Shown here one piece after another: positions 48,140-57,716 of a stretch of DNA of 64,000 bases. Under the pieces are notes generated by a model that saw nothing but the letters and a program-made list of their open reading frames with translations, ran no database searches and was not told the origin of the DNA. Both the position numbers and the translations under genes were made by a program. Numbering within the stretch: the stretch's first letter is position 1; each line of letters opens with the position of its first letter. The DNA comes from an uncultured delta proteobacterium (GTDB lineage: Bacteria; Desulfobacterota; BSN033; UBA1163). Where the stretch lies: NCBI GenBank assembly GCA_963827685.1, contig CAWHBU010000002.1, positions 672,001 to 736,000 on the forward strand, written 5' to 3'.

Positions 48140-49202
48140 AGTTTTGATGCGCGGGAATCATGCCCTCGCCGAATCAGCCGTCCGTGCAGGTTGCCGATTT
48201 TATTTTGGATACCCTATCACCCCCCAGAATGAGGTCCCTGAATATATGTCCGAGAGGCTATCCAAATTGGAGGGGGGGGTGTTCATCCAGGCCGAAAGCG
48301 AGATCGCCTCAATCCATATGGTCATCGGTGCCAGCATGGCTGGAGGAAGAGCAATGACTTCCTCTTCAAGTCCTGGAATTAGCCTCAAACAAGAAGGTAT
48401 TTCTTTTCTCTCTGCTTTAGAGTTACCGGCAGTCATCGTCAACATGACTCGGGGAGGCCCAGGCCTGGGCAACATCGCTCCGGCCCAATCTGATTATTTT
48501 CAGGCCACAAGAGGAGGAGGGCATGGGGATTATCGAACTATTGTTCTTGCCCCCAACTCTTGCCAAGAGCTTGCCAATTTAACCTATGAAGCATTCGATC
48601 TCGCTGATAAATACAGGAACCCTGTTATTATCCTTGGCGACGGCATGCTCGGACAGATGATGGAGCCTGTTGAGTTACCACCTGAGGTTCAGATAAAGAA
48701 GTTGCCCCATAAAGATTGGACCCTGACAGGCGCCAAAGGAAGGCCAAGCCGATTTCTGCGATCACTTCTCTTAGACCCGATTGAAGAAGAGGAGCATAAC
48801 TGGAAATTGATGAGGAAATATGAAAGGATCATCAAAGAGGAGGTGAGATGGGAAGCCTCCTTTGCCGACGACGCTAAATTGATGGTGGTCGCCTTCGGGA
48901 TCGCAGCGAGAATTGCCAAAGGGGCGATCAAGAGGATGCGGGATGAGGGGCTGAAAGTGGGGCTCATCCGACCCATTTCTCTTTGGCCTTTTCCTTATAA
49001 GGCCATCAAGGAGTTTACGAAAAAGGTAAGGCACTTTTTTGTATTTGAAATGAATATGGGGCAGATGTTGGAGGACGTCAAGTTAGCACTCGAAGGAAAC
49101 GGAGAGATTCATTTCTATGGTAGACCGGGGGGAACCATTCTTACTCCCTTAGAAATTTCAAGGGTCATCTCGAGCTATTACTATCAGAAGAAATTAGGAT
49201 AG
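48132..49202 (+). CDS. 2-oxoacid:ferredoxin oxidoreductase alpha subunit (VorB-like)
   Basis: GYPITPQ, QAESE, SSSPG, RGGPGLG. Confidence 0.92.
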   Translation: MPKVLMRGNHALAESAVRAGCRFYFGYPITPQNEVPEYMSERLSKLEGGVFIQAESEIASIHMVIGASMAGGRAMTSSSSPGISLKQEGISFLSALELPAVIVNMTRGGPGLGNIAPAQSDYFQATRGGGHGDYRTIVLAPNSCQELANLTYEAFDLADKYRNPVIILGDGMLGQMMEPVELPPEVQIKKLPHKDWTLTGAKGRPSRFLRSLLLDPIEEEEHNWKLMRKYERIIKEEVRWEASFADDAKLMVVAFGIAARIAKGAIKRMRDEGLKVGLIRPISLWPFPYKAIKEFTKKVRHFFVFEMNMGQMLEDVKLALEGNGEIHFYGRPGGTILTPLEISRVISSYYYQKKLG

Positions 49203-49432
49203 GCCCAGCCGCTGCATAAAAAAATTCTAAAAGGCTGTTGGGTGTGGTGGAGAAGCTGTACAGCGGGACCTTTTAGCAGTTTGCTACCGTGTTTCCAAGC
49301 AAATTGCAGAGGTCACACTAGGTGATATCGCATGTTACCCATAAAACATATTAAAGAACCGCTTGGTAGAGGTTTGGAAGCAAACCCAACTGCCTTTTCG
49401 ATGCAACATCTGGATAGAAAGGGACAATAGTA

Positions 49433-50191
49433 ATGAAAAAGGTATTTTCAAGACCGAAATCTCTCAAAAGAACTCCCTTTCACTATTGTCCAGGATGCGG
49501 GCATAGTCTCCTGCATCGAATCATTGGAGAGGTCATCGATGAGATGAACCTTCAAGAAAGAATCATTGGTATTCCCCCAGCAGGGTGTGCAGTGTTGGCA
49601 TATTTCTATTTTGACATTGACATGGGAGAGGCATCCCACGGAAGAGGAGCGGCTTTGGCTACAGGGATGAAAAGGGCGTTGCCGGATCGGGTCGTTTTTA
49701 CCTATCAAGGGGATGGGGATATTGCTGCCATCGGCACAGCCGAAACCATTCATGCCGCTGCTCGAGGAGAGAACTTCTCAACCATCTTTGTTAACAATGG
49801 CGTCTATGGAATGACAGGCGGGCAGATGGCTCCGACAACGATATTAGGTCAACACACCACCACTTCGCCCGGGGGGAGAAAAGAAAAAAGAGATGGGTTT
49901 CCCGTCAATCTCAGCGAAATGCTTGCCGTAGCCAAGGGAAGTGCGTATATCGAGAGGACAGCCGTCAATAGCCCTGCTAACATTTTGAAGACGAAAAAGG
50001 CAATTGCGAAGGCTTTTCGTGTTCAACTGGAAGGATACGGGTTTTCGCTAATCGAGGTCCTATCTCCTTGCCCTACCAACTGGAAGATGGAGCCTGTAGA
50101 AGCCTGCAAATGGATCGATGAGGTGATGGCCGTCCATTTTCCTCTCGGAGTTCTAAAAGATACCACTGGGGATAGAAAAAATGCTCATTAA
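49433..50191 (+). CDS. 2-oxoacid:ferredoxin oxidoreductase beta subunit
   Basis: YCPGCGH, GDGD, NNGVYGMTGGQ, SPCPT. Confidence 0.93.
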   Translation: MKKVFSRPKSLKRTPFHYCPGCGHSLLHRIIGEVIDEMNLQERIIGIPPAGCAVLAYFYFDIDMGEASHGRGAALATGMKRALPDRVVFTYQGDGDIAAIGTAETIHAAARGENFSTIFVNNGVYGMTGGQMAPTTILGQHTTTSPGGRKEKRDGFPVNLSEMLAVAKGSAYIERTAVNSPANILKTKKAIAKAFRVQLEGYGFSLIEVLSPCPTNWKMEPVEACKWIDEVMAVHFPLGVLKDTTGDRKNAH

Positions 50192-50717
50192 GACCGTTTT
50201 TTCCGGATTTGGCGGACAGGGGGTGATCATGATGGGGTACCTCCTGGCGGTAGCGGGTATGTATGAAGAGAAAAATGTCACCTGTTTACCCTCTTACGGA
50301 GCTGAGGTGCGAGGGGGGACCGCCAATTGTACCGTCGCCATCTCCACGGATGAAATTGCCTCGCCAGTTGCCTCGGAGCCTGAATTTGCTGTTTTAATGA
50401 ACAATCCTTCCTTATTTCGGTTTCAGAACCAGGTCCAATCAGGGGGAACCGTCTTTTTAAATTCGAGCATGATCGAGTCAAGGCCCGTCCGGGGGGATTT
50501 AGAGATTTTTGAAATTCCAGTCAATGACCTTGCCAAAAAATTCCCGGGAGATAAAGTGGCCAATATGATCATGTTGGGAGCCTTCGTCAAGAAGTCAGGT
50601 CTGGTTTCGTTCGACACGGTGGTTCATGTCCTGAAAGATACTTTTGGAAATCGAAATCCGGGGGTACTCAAATCAAATAAATCCGCCCTGCAATTGGGAT
50701 ACGACTATCTGCAGTGA
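50181..50717 (+). CDS. 2-oxoacid:ferredoxin oxidoreductase gamma subunit
   Basis: GFGGQG, SYGAEVRGG, NMIMLGA. Confidence 0.93.
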   Translation: MLIKTVFSGFGGQGVIMMGYLLAVAGMYEEKNVTCLPSYGAEVRGGTANCTVAISTDEIASPVASEPEFAVLMNNPSLFRFQNQVQSGGTVFLNSSMIESRPVRGDLEIFEIPVNDLAKKFPGDKVANMIMLGAFVKKSGLVSFDTVVHVLKDTFGNRNPGVLKSNKSALQLGYDYLQ

Positions 50718-50819
50718 TACCATGGATGATGAACAATAAACGACGAACGAAGAAGGATATGGCGAAATGTTCATTGTTCACAGTGCATCGTTCATTGTCT
50801 AAGAGGGAGGAAGCGTGCC

Positions 50820-51245
50820 ATGCCAGTTAAACAAATCTCTGTCAGTCTCGAAAATGCTCCAGGGAAACTTTCCGAAGTAAGTGAATATTTAGGCGAAAAT
50901 GGTATCAATATTATCGCCCTGAGTGTTGCCGATACCGCGGATATCAGTGCTGTTCGATTTGTGGCGAACGATCCTGAAAAAGCAGCGAATGTCTTAAAGA
51001 GCCATGGACATTCGATAAGAATAACCGATGTGTTAGCGGTAGAGACACCGAATCATCCGGGAGGTCTGAACGCTGTTTTAAAACCCCTTAAAGAAGTTTC
51101 CATTAACGTCAATTATCTTTATACATGCCTCGGAACAGGGGAGAAGACGGTTCTCATTGTGGGCGTGGACAAAATGGCCGAAGCCATGCAGGTTTTAAAG
51201 AAGAACTGGGTCCATATGTATGATGAGGAGCTCTATCGGTTGTGA
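50820..51245 (+). CDS. ACT domain protein
   Basis: KQISVSLENAPGKL, tandem ACT domains. Confidence 0.88.
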   Translation: MPVKQISVSLENAPGKLSEVSEYLGENGINIIALSVADTADISAVRFVANDPEKAANVLKSHGHSIRITDVLAVETPNHPGGLNAVLKPLKEVSINVNYLYTCLGTGEKTVLIVGVDKMAEAMQVLKKNWVHMYDEELYRL

Positions 51246-51251
51246 TCGAGC

Positions 51252-52169
51252 CTAAGCATAGCTATGGAGCCCTGAGATAATATAATTGACGCCGAAATAG
51301 GTAAATAAAACTGCCGCAAATCCAACAATCGACAGAATGGCTGCCTTTCTTCCCCTCCAATCTTTTGTAAATCGAGCGTGTAAAAAAGCAGCGTAAACAA
51401 ACCAGGTAATGAGAGACCAGGTCTCTTTGGGATCCCAACTCCAGTAACTTCCCCAAGCATAATTCGCCCATGCAGCACCCGTGATGATCCCCAAGCTCAG
51501 CATGGGGAAACCGATCACAATGGATTTGTAATTGATCTCGTCCAGGACAGGGGTCGAAGGCAACCATTTTGCCCCCCCCTCCTGAGGTGAACCTTTTCTG
51601 TCCCGAATTAAATAGAGGATGCTGACTCCAAAGGATACGGCAAAAGAAGCGTATCCAAAAAAACAGGTGGTCACATGAATGGTCAGCCAATTGCTCTGGA
51701 GGGCAGGCATCAGGGGGGTAATCTTTGCGTCAATGCCAGGGACGATAGAGGTCAGGGCGATAGCCAGGAAAGCAAAGGGAGTGATAAAAACCCCTACGAT
51801 CTTCTGCCGGTATTTGAATTCGAGAATCAGATAAATCAAAACGATGGTCCACGAGAAGAAGATCAAGGATTCATACATATTGGATAAGGGAACATAGCCA
51901 TAGCCCGTCTGATGTGTTTCCAACCAACGGACGACAAGGCCTCCTGAGTGGATGACGAGTCCAATGATCAGCAGGGAGGTGGAGAGGATCCCGAGTATTT
52001 TATTTCGTGTGGCCGTAAGGATGAGATAGCCTAAAAAACAAAAGAGATAGATAGCCATTGAAATATTAAAAAATGTTTGGCTTGAAAAGGAAAAAATCAT
52101 ATTCCTGCTCCGCGATACACCACCGCATCCTTCCCCTTGTGAGGGGGAGGATGCGGTAAGAGTTATCAT
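51252..52169 (-). CDS. Cytochrome c biogenesis protein CcsA/CcsB (system II, WWD domain)
   Basis: WANYAWGSYWSWDPKETW, GLHSY; true start probably near 52100. Confidence 0.92.
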   Translation of the reverse strand: MITLTASSPSQGEGCGGVSRSRNMIFSFSSQTFFNISMAIYLFCFLGYLILTATRNKILGILSTSLLIIGLVIHSGGLVVRWLETHQTGYGYVPLSNMYESLIFFSWTIVLIYLILEFKYRQKIVGVFITPFAFLAIALTSIVPGIDAKITPLMPALQSNWLTIHVTTCFFGYASFAVSFGVSILYLIRDRKGSPQEGGAKWLPSTPVLDEINYKSIVIGFPMLSLGIITGAAWANYAWGSYWSWDPKETWSLITWFVYAAFLHARFTKDWRGRKAAILSIVGFAAVLFTYFGVNYIISGLHSYA

Positions 52170-52234
52170 GAATTAATGTGTTTATATTATATCAAAAATA
52201 ACCGATACCAATTTGAATGTCAATTTTAATACAA

Positions 52235-52560
52235 CAACCCCCCTTCATCCCCCCTTAATTTAAGGGGGGAATAGAGGGGGGTTACAAGGGGGGATGAAGG
52301 GGGGTTAGGGGAGTTAGGTCCATCTATTTTAGACTCTTATTGTCCAACGAGGAAGCCTGCGGTAGAGTTGGACGGCGGACAACGCAACCTAACCCCCCAC
52401 ACCTCCCCTTAAGTTAAAGGGAGGGTAACCCACAAAAGACCCGGAATAACTTATTCATGTTAGGAAAAATCCAAAATCTCCCTCTTGAGGAAAAAGGAGA
52501 GAAGGGGGGGTTAACACTGTTTCAAGAAGGTAGAGAAAAGAAGGAGGGCAGGGGGGTGCC
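52235..52560. repeat. Cluster of short palindromic (REP-like) repeats
   Basis: CCCCCTTAATTTAAGGGGG, CCCCTTAAGTTAAAGGG and a nested CCCCCTTCATCCCCCCTT/AAGGGGGGATGAAGGGGG inverted repeat. Confidence 0.65.
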
Positions 52561-53318
52561 TATTTCTGCGCAGCGATTTTATCTTTTTTTAAAGCAACGG
52601 AAGCAGGAATCGTCTTTTTGCCTGGTTTGACCATTTCGGCAAGTTGGATTTCATAGGTTGCTTTCAGTAACAATACCCCGTCGTCTTTGTGTCGGTGAAT
52701 GAACTCTTCCATGGCTGAATATTCTTGTTTCTTAAAAATATTACGGCAATTCCTCAACAAATACATTAAATGGATGTCGTCTAATTTATAATAGATTTCG
52801 AGAGGACAGTGAGATTCCTCAGGAATCCTTTCTAAATCCCTAATATCGACATCTTCAGCAATTGCACGATACAATTTAAGAAAAGCATCGATTTTGTTTT
52901 GAGAAAGCGAGGGGGTCAATTCTCTTTTTAATTGTTTGGAAACTTCTTCAGATTGGATTTCGATGGTGGTACATTTCAGGGAGTAGTCTCCGGGGATCAA
53001 CAGGTATTTCAACGGTTCATCAATTTTCTCTCTAAATTTCTTAATCACAAATTTTTCTTTTCCATTGGTTGCCTTGAAAAAGGAAGCCTTGACAGGCTCG
53101 GAGTAGGACTTTTCGCTGACGAATGAGTCGTCAATGATTTTCAAATCTTCTAATTGATGTCCCTGATGATGGGTTAAGAAATCTTGATAATCATCTATCT
53201 CAATGCTTCGAAAATTCTCCAGGGACCGGTCGGGGTCAAATTTATATTCCGGGTATTGGTCAAAGGGCGTTTTCATGAAAATCGCGTCACAATTTTTACA
53301 GCGGATGAGCTGGTTCAT
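52560..53318 (-). CDS. Hypothetical protein (CxxC..HxxH)
   Basis: 252-aa ORF directly after the HD-GYP gene. Confidence 0.7.
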   Translation of the reverse strand: MNQLIRCKNCDAIFMKTPFDQYPEYKFDPDRSLENFRSIEIDDYQDFLTHHQGHQLEDLKIIDDSFVSEKSYSEPVKASFFKATNGKEKFVIKKFREKIDEPLKYLLIPGDYSLKCTTIEIQSEEVSKQLKRELTPSLSQNKIDAFLKLYRAIAEDVDIRDLERIPEESHCPLEIYYKLDDIHLMYLLRNCRNIFKKQEYSAMEEFIHRHKDDGVLLLKATYEIQLAEMVKPGKKTIPASVALKKDKIAAQK

Positions 53319-53337
53319 TTAAATCTCTCGAGTCATT

Positions 53338-54471
53338 TCAATATAAGCTAGCAGGGACTCTCAGATGATCTTTCACGAGAAAGACTTCTTCCATCTCCTT
53401 CAAAACGTCTACGAAAAGAGAGACCAACTTTGGGTCAAATTGTTTTCCGGCGTTTTTCAGCAATTCATTCTTCGCATCTCCATTGGCAAGAGGTTTTCGA
53501 TAGGGGCGATCAGAGGTCATGCTGTCATAGGCATCGGAGATGGTGATAATTCTTGCCCCCAATGGGATTTGTTCTCCCATCAATCCGTCCGGATAGCCTG
53601 TTCCGTCATAACGCTCATGATGGTGCTGAATATAAGAAAGAATGTTGGAGGAGAGGTTTAAGGGCATTAAAAGTTCAATCGACTTTTTAGTGTGCTGCTT
53701 AATGATGGCCCAATCCGTTGGAGTCAGAGTTCCTTTCTTATTAATAAACCGATTGCTAATGCCGATCTTTCCAATGTCATGGAGATAAGAGGCAATTTGA
53801 AGCTCACTCCGCTCTTTAGGTGAAAAACCGAGCCGTTTGGAAATGAAATCCGAATAATAACAGACCCGTTCTGAGTGACCCGAGGTATACGGATCTTTCT
53901 CTTCAAGCGTGTAGGCGAGGACTTTCGCAAATTCCAAACAACTTTGGGTGTCTGAAAGGTTGATCTCATCCCATTTCCCGTCAGTGATTCCCTGGCTCTC
54001 TTTTTGGAGAAGGAAATCGGAATCGACGACAGGTTCTTTAAGCAATTGTTGATTAAAACAGTTACCAAGAATTTCTTTTACCTTCCGATTCAGTTTCCGT
54101 CGTTGAATCGATTTGTCAATAATGGATAAGATTTCGGGAACATTGAAAGGCTTCGGGATATAATCAAAGACACCGTAACGAATGCCCTCGATCGCACTTT
54201 TTAACGTTCCGTATCCTGTGATGATGATAACCATCACATCAGGATCAATCACTCGAATCTCTTTCAGGGCATCGATCCCCGTCAAGCCGGGCATCTTGAG
54301 GTCTAATGTCAGAACGTCCATTTCAATTTGTTGAATCATCTGAATAGCGGCGTATCCATTCTCAACGGCATACACGTTATAGTTTGGTTTTAAAACCATC
54401 CTTAAAGATTCTCTTGGCCCAATTTCATCATCGACAATGAGGATGTTCGGTGCGTTGGCTTTCGCTTCCAT
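53338..54471 (-). CDS. Response regulator with HD-GYP phosphodiesterase domain
   Basis: Receiver, HDIGK, HHERYDGTGYP; start moved to MEAK at 54471. Confidence 0.93.
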   Translation of the reverse strand: MEAKANAPNILIVDDEIGPRESLRMVLKPNYNVYAVENGYAAIQMIQQIEMDVLTLDLKMPGLTGIDALKEIRVIDPDVMVIIITGYGTLKSAIEGIRYGVFDYIPKPFNVPEILSIIDKSIQRRKLNRKVKEILGNCFNQQLLKEPVVDSDFLLQKESQGITDGKWDEINLSDTQSCLEFAKVLAYTLEEKDPYTSGHSERVCYYSDFISKRLGFSPKERSELQIASYLHDIGKIGISNRFINKKGTLTPTDWAIIKQHTKKSIELLMPLNLSSNILSYIQHHHERYDGTGYPDGLMGEQIPLGARIITISDAYDSMTSDRPYRKPLANGDAKNELLKNAGKQFDPKLVSLFVDVLKEMEEVFLVKDHLRVPASLY

Positions 54472-54520
54472 TGGCTCCCCTTCCCAATTCAAAATGAGAA
54501 TCAGATAAGAGATATACTTA

Positions 54521-54536
54521 AGCAAAAAGTTTGCCA
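54521..54536 (-). promoter_or_regulatory. sigma54 promoter of the HD-GYP gene
   Basis: TGGCAAACTTTTTGCT on the minus strand. Confidence 0.75.
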
Positions 54537-54687
54537 TCTGTAGGCAAGACATATTATTTCATTAAACTAATAACTCTTTGAAATTAAAAAGGAATTGTTA
54601 ACTAATCTGGAGGGACAAACCTCGTAGGGATAGGGGTAATTTAATATTTTTCAAAATTGAACAGAAATCAACAATTTTGTAATGATT

Positions 54688-56073
54688 TTAGTAGTCTTTA
54701 AACTTATTCTGATCAATGCCTAATTTGTCCATTTTATATTTTAATATTCGACGGCTAATCCCCAAGATTTCTGCAGCATGAGATTGGACATAATTGGTCC
54801 TTTTTAGGGCGTCTAAAATAACCTCCCTTTCAAATTCTTCTTCGGCCTGTAAGAAGGAGACTTTTCCGTCTAAAATAGATTCTTTTAATCCATTGATTTT
54901 AGGAATATTCTTAAAAGAAAGAGGCAATTCATTCAATTGAATATATTCGTTGGATGTCAAGGCAATCACCCGCTCGATTAAATTCTCCAATTCCCGAATA
55001 TTTCCAGGCCATTCATATTGCATCATCAATTCTAAAGCCTCTTTACTGATCCCTTTCACATTCTTATTATTTTCGACACCAAATTTTTTTATAAAATGAT
55101 CAATCAGCAAGGGGATGTCCTCTTTCCTTTCCCTCAAAGGGGGAATCAGGATGGGGACAACGTTGATTCGATAATAGAGATCTTCACGAAAAGTTCCTTT
55201 TTTGATCAGCTGGTTCAAATCTTTATTGGTCGCCGTAATCAGCCTGACATCGACCTTGATCGTCTTCGATCCCCCAACGCGATTGAATTCTCTTTCTTCC
55301 AGAAACCTGAGGATTTTGGCCTGGGTCGCTAAACTCAACTCCCCGATCTCATCGAGGAAGAGGGTCCCTTGGTGGGCGACCTCGAAGCGACCTAACTTTT
55401 TCTCTATGGCATTGGTGAACGCCCCTTTTTCATGGCCGAATAATTCACTCTCAATCAGTGTTTCTGGAATGGCGGCGCAGTTAATGGTGACAAACGGATA
55501 ATTTACCCGATTGCTATTATAATGGATGGCCCGAGAGATCAGTTCCTTTCCTGTTCCGCTCTCTCCCATGATTAAAGCAGTCGATCTCGAATCAGCGATT
55601 TGTTTGACCACTTTAAAAACGTCCTTCATCAATTTGCTTTTCCCGATGATATTTCCGAAATCGAAACTTTTTTCCATTTCTTCGCGACGATATTTAACCT
55701 CTCGCTCCAGGGCCTTCGTGGATAAAGAGCGGCTGATAATGAGACGCAGTTCGTCAATATCGAATGGTTTGGTTATGTAATCATAGGCTCCAAGCTTCAT
55801 CGCTTCGACGGCCGTCTTCACGGTTTTCGTGGCCGTAATCATGATCACAATCATATCCGCGTCATTCTGTTTGATTCTTTCTAACACTTTTATCCCATCG
55901 AGGTCGGGCAAAATGATATCGAGGAGGATGACGTCTGGGGAGTGCAATTTGACTTGGAGAAATGCCTCTTCCGCGTCTTTAGCTAAAAACACCTCATAAT
56001 CATTCTTTAAAACCATCTTGAGAGATTCTCTGGCACCAACCTCATCATCAACGACTAAAACACTTTTCACCAT
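54688..56073 (-). CDS. NtrC-family sigma54-dependent response regulator
   Basis: Receiver, GESGTGKE, GAFTNA, FLDEIG, WPGNIREL, Fis-type HTH; start uncertain. Confidence 0.94.
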   Translation of the reverse strand: MVKSVLVVDDEVGARESLKMVLKNDYEVFLAKDAEEAFLQVKLHSPDVILLDIILPDLDGIKVLERIKQNDADMIVIMITATKTVKTAVEAMKLGAYDYITKPFDIDELRLIISRSLSTKALEREVKYRREEMEKSFDFGNIIGKSKLMKDVFKVVKQIADSRSTALIMGESGTGKELISRAIHYNSNRVNYPFVTINCAAIPETLIESELFGHEKGAFTNAIEKKLGRFEVAHQGTLFLDEIGELSLATQAKILRFLEEREFNRVGGSKTIKVDVRLITATNKDLNQLIKKGTFREDLYYRINVVPILIPPLRERKEDIPLLIDHFIKKFGVENNKNVKGISKEALELMMQYEWPGNIRELENLIERVIALTSNEYIQLNELPLSFKNIPKINGLKESILDGKVSFLQAEEEFEREVILDALKRTNYVQSHAAEILGISRRILKYKMDKLGIDQNKFKDY

Positions 56074-56168
56074 CTCACCCCTCGACATCGTCTCCCTCTT
56101 TGAGATTTCTGAAAAAATCGACAAATCTCTATTAAGAGAGCCCATAGCAGTTCTTCAGAGCTCTCTTT

Positions 56169-57716
56169 TTAGACATTCCCAGGTTGATAATAAATTAACT
56201 TCCTTCTTTCAATGGGAAACTTCAAAGAAATAATTGTCCTCGGTTTCTTCTCATTGACTTCGAACTTCATCATCCCTCGGTTCTTTTGAATAATCTCTTT
56301 AATAAGTCGTAATTCCAATTCAACGGCTTCTTCTTTTTGAACCCCGGGGATTCCCAACACGGTCTCAAATTGTTCAATGGGCTTTTTATAACCCGTGAAA
56401 ACGATCAATACCTCAACATACCCCCCGTTCTTGTAATGAAATGTTTTAACGCCGGCGGGTTCTGTTTGCAGATCAAAGGATTTGGTCAAGAATCCGATGC
56501 TCCCACCGGGAGGGATGGAAGGCATGGCATATTGAAGAAGAGCATTTAAGATATATCTGAGCTGCTCATCATGAACAATCGTCTCAGGAAGGTCCTTCTC
56601 GAATTTCTTAAATATTTTTATCTTTTTATCTTCCAGTTGTATTTCATGTCTTTTTAAGACCTCTTCAAGGATGAAGTGAACCGTGTCCTTTTTTTCAATG
56701 GGGGTATTGATTTTAATATAAGTGAGAAGACCGTTCAGCACATAATCGATCTTCTCGATATCTTCCGTGACAATCCTGTAAAAATGTTCTCTGAATTCCC
56801 CATCGTTGAATTTCTCTCGTAAAAGTTGAGTAAAGGTCTTGATAGAGACCAAGGGATTTTTGATACGATGAACTAATTCAATTAAAAAGAGTAATAAAAG
56901 ATTGGCATTCTGTTCAGAGGAGAAGCTTCGTGGTTTCGATTCGGTTGATTCCACATCTGCCTTTTTCAGAAAGGTGCTAAAGGATTTATTTTCACTTTCG
57001 GTTTCGAAAAGGAGGTCCTTTTCTGTTAGATTGTTGCCTTCTGAAAACATGGCACTTCGAATAATGACTTGCTCCAGTTCTCTCAGGTTCCCGGGCCACC
57101 AATAGTTCTGAAATAATTTAAGAACGTTGTTAGAAATTTCTATTTTATTTATTTTCATTTTTTTAGAGTACTCTTTCAAAATATGTTGAGCAATCGTTGA
57201 AATCTCTTTGGGGCGGTCTCTCAGGGGGGGAATATGGATCGATAGAGCATTTAATCGGTGGTATAAATCCTCTGAAAATTTGCCCTGGGAAACTTTTTCT
57301 TTCAAATTTTCTGAAGACGATGCGATGAATCTGAGATTTTTGATGACCCTTCTGTCGGTGCCATTTTGGAAAAACCCGTCTTCAAGCAGGTCCAGCAGCT
57401 TTGACTGGTTGGATTGTCCCAATTCCCCAATCTCCTTTAAGTAAACCGCAGCAGGGATGGTTCCGAAATTGTTTTCCTTAAAGATACGGATAAACTGGTC
57501 ATTGAATGAATCCTCTGTTTGAGTCTTACAATCGATCTTGTGAAAACGATAGTATTTCCAATCTCCAGCATAATGGATGATCTTCGCAACCAATTCTTTT
57601 TCTGTCCCGTGCTCGCCCTGGATGAAAACGGGAACATTAGTATGAGCAGCCTTCTGGGTGAGCGGAATAATCTGAGATGGAATGATTGGGGAATGAATCA
57701 ACTCTTGGTAATTCAT
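56169..57716 (-). CDS. Degenerate sigma54 AAA+ domain fused to HisKA/degenerate HATPase
   Basis: GEHGTEKE, no GAFTGA, WPGNLREL, ELVHRIKNPL. Confidence 0.75.
   Translation of the reverse strand: MNYQELIHSPIIPSQIIPLTQKAAHTNVPVFIQGEHGTEKELVAKIIHYAGDWKYYRFHKIDCKTQTEDSFNDQFIRIFKENNFGTIPAAVYLKEIGELGQSNQSKLLDLLEDGFFQNGTDRRVIKNLRFIASSSENLKEKVSQGKFSEDLYHRLNALSIHIPPLRDRPKEISTIAQHILKEYSKKMKINKIEISNNVLKLFQNYWWPGNLRELEQVIIRSAMFSEGNNLTEKDLLFETESENKSFSTFLKKADVESTESKPRSFSSEQNANLLLLFLIELVHRIKNPLVSIKTFTQLLREKFNDGEFREHFYRIVTEDIEKIDYVLNGLLTYIKINTPIEKKDTVHFILEEVLKRHEIQLEDKKIKIFKKFEKDLPETIVHDEQLRYILNALLQYAMPSIPPGGSIGFLTKSFDLQTEPAGVKTFHYKNGGYVEVLIVFTGYKKPIEQFETVLGIPGVQKEEAVELELRLIKEIIQKNRGMMKFEVNEKKPRTIISLKFPIERRKLIYYQPGNV

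Noticed and set aside
49203-49432. MITE or ncRNA in the gap within the oxidoreductase operon
   Set aside because: Only weak imperfect inverted repeats, no target duplication and no second copy seen
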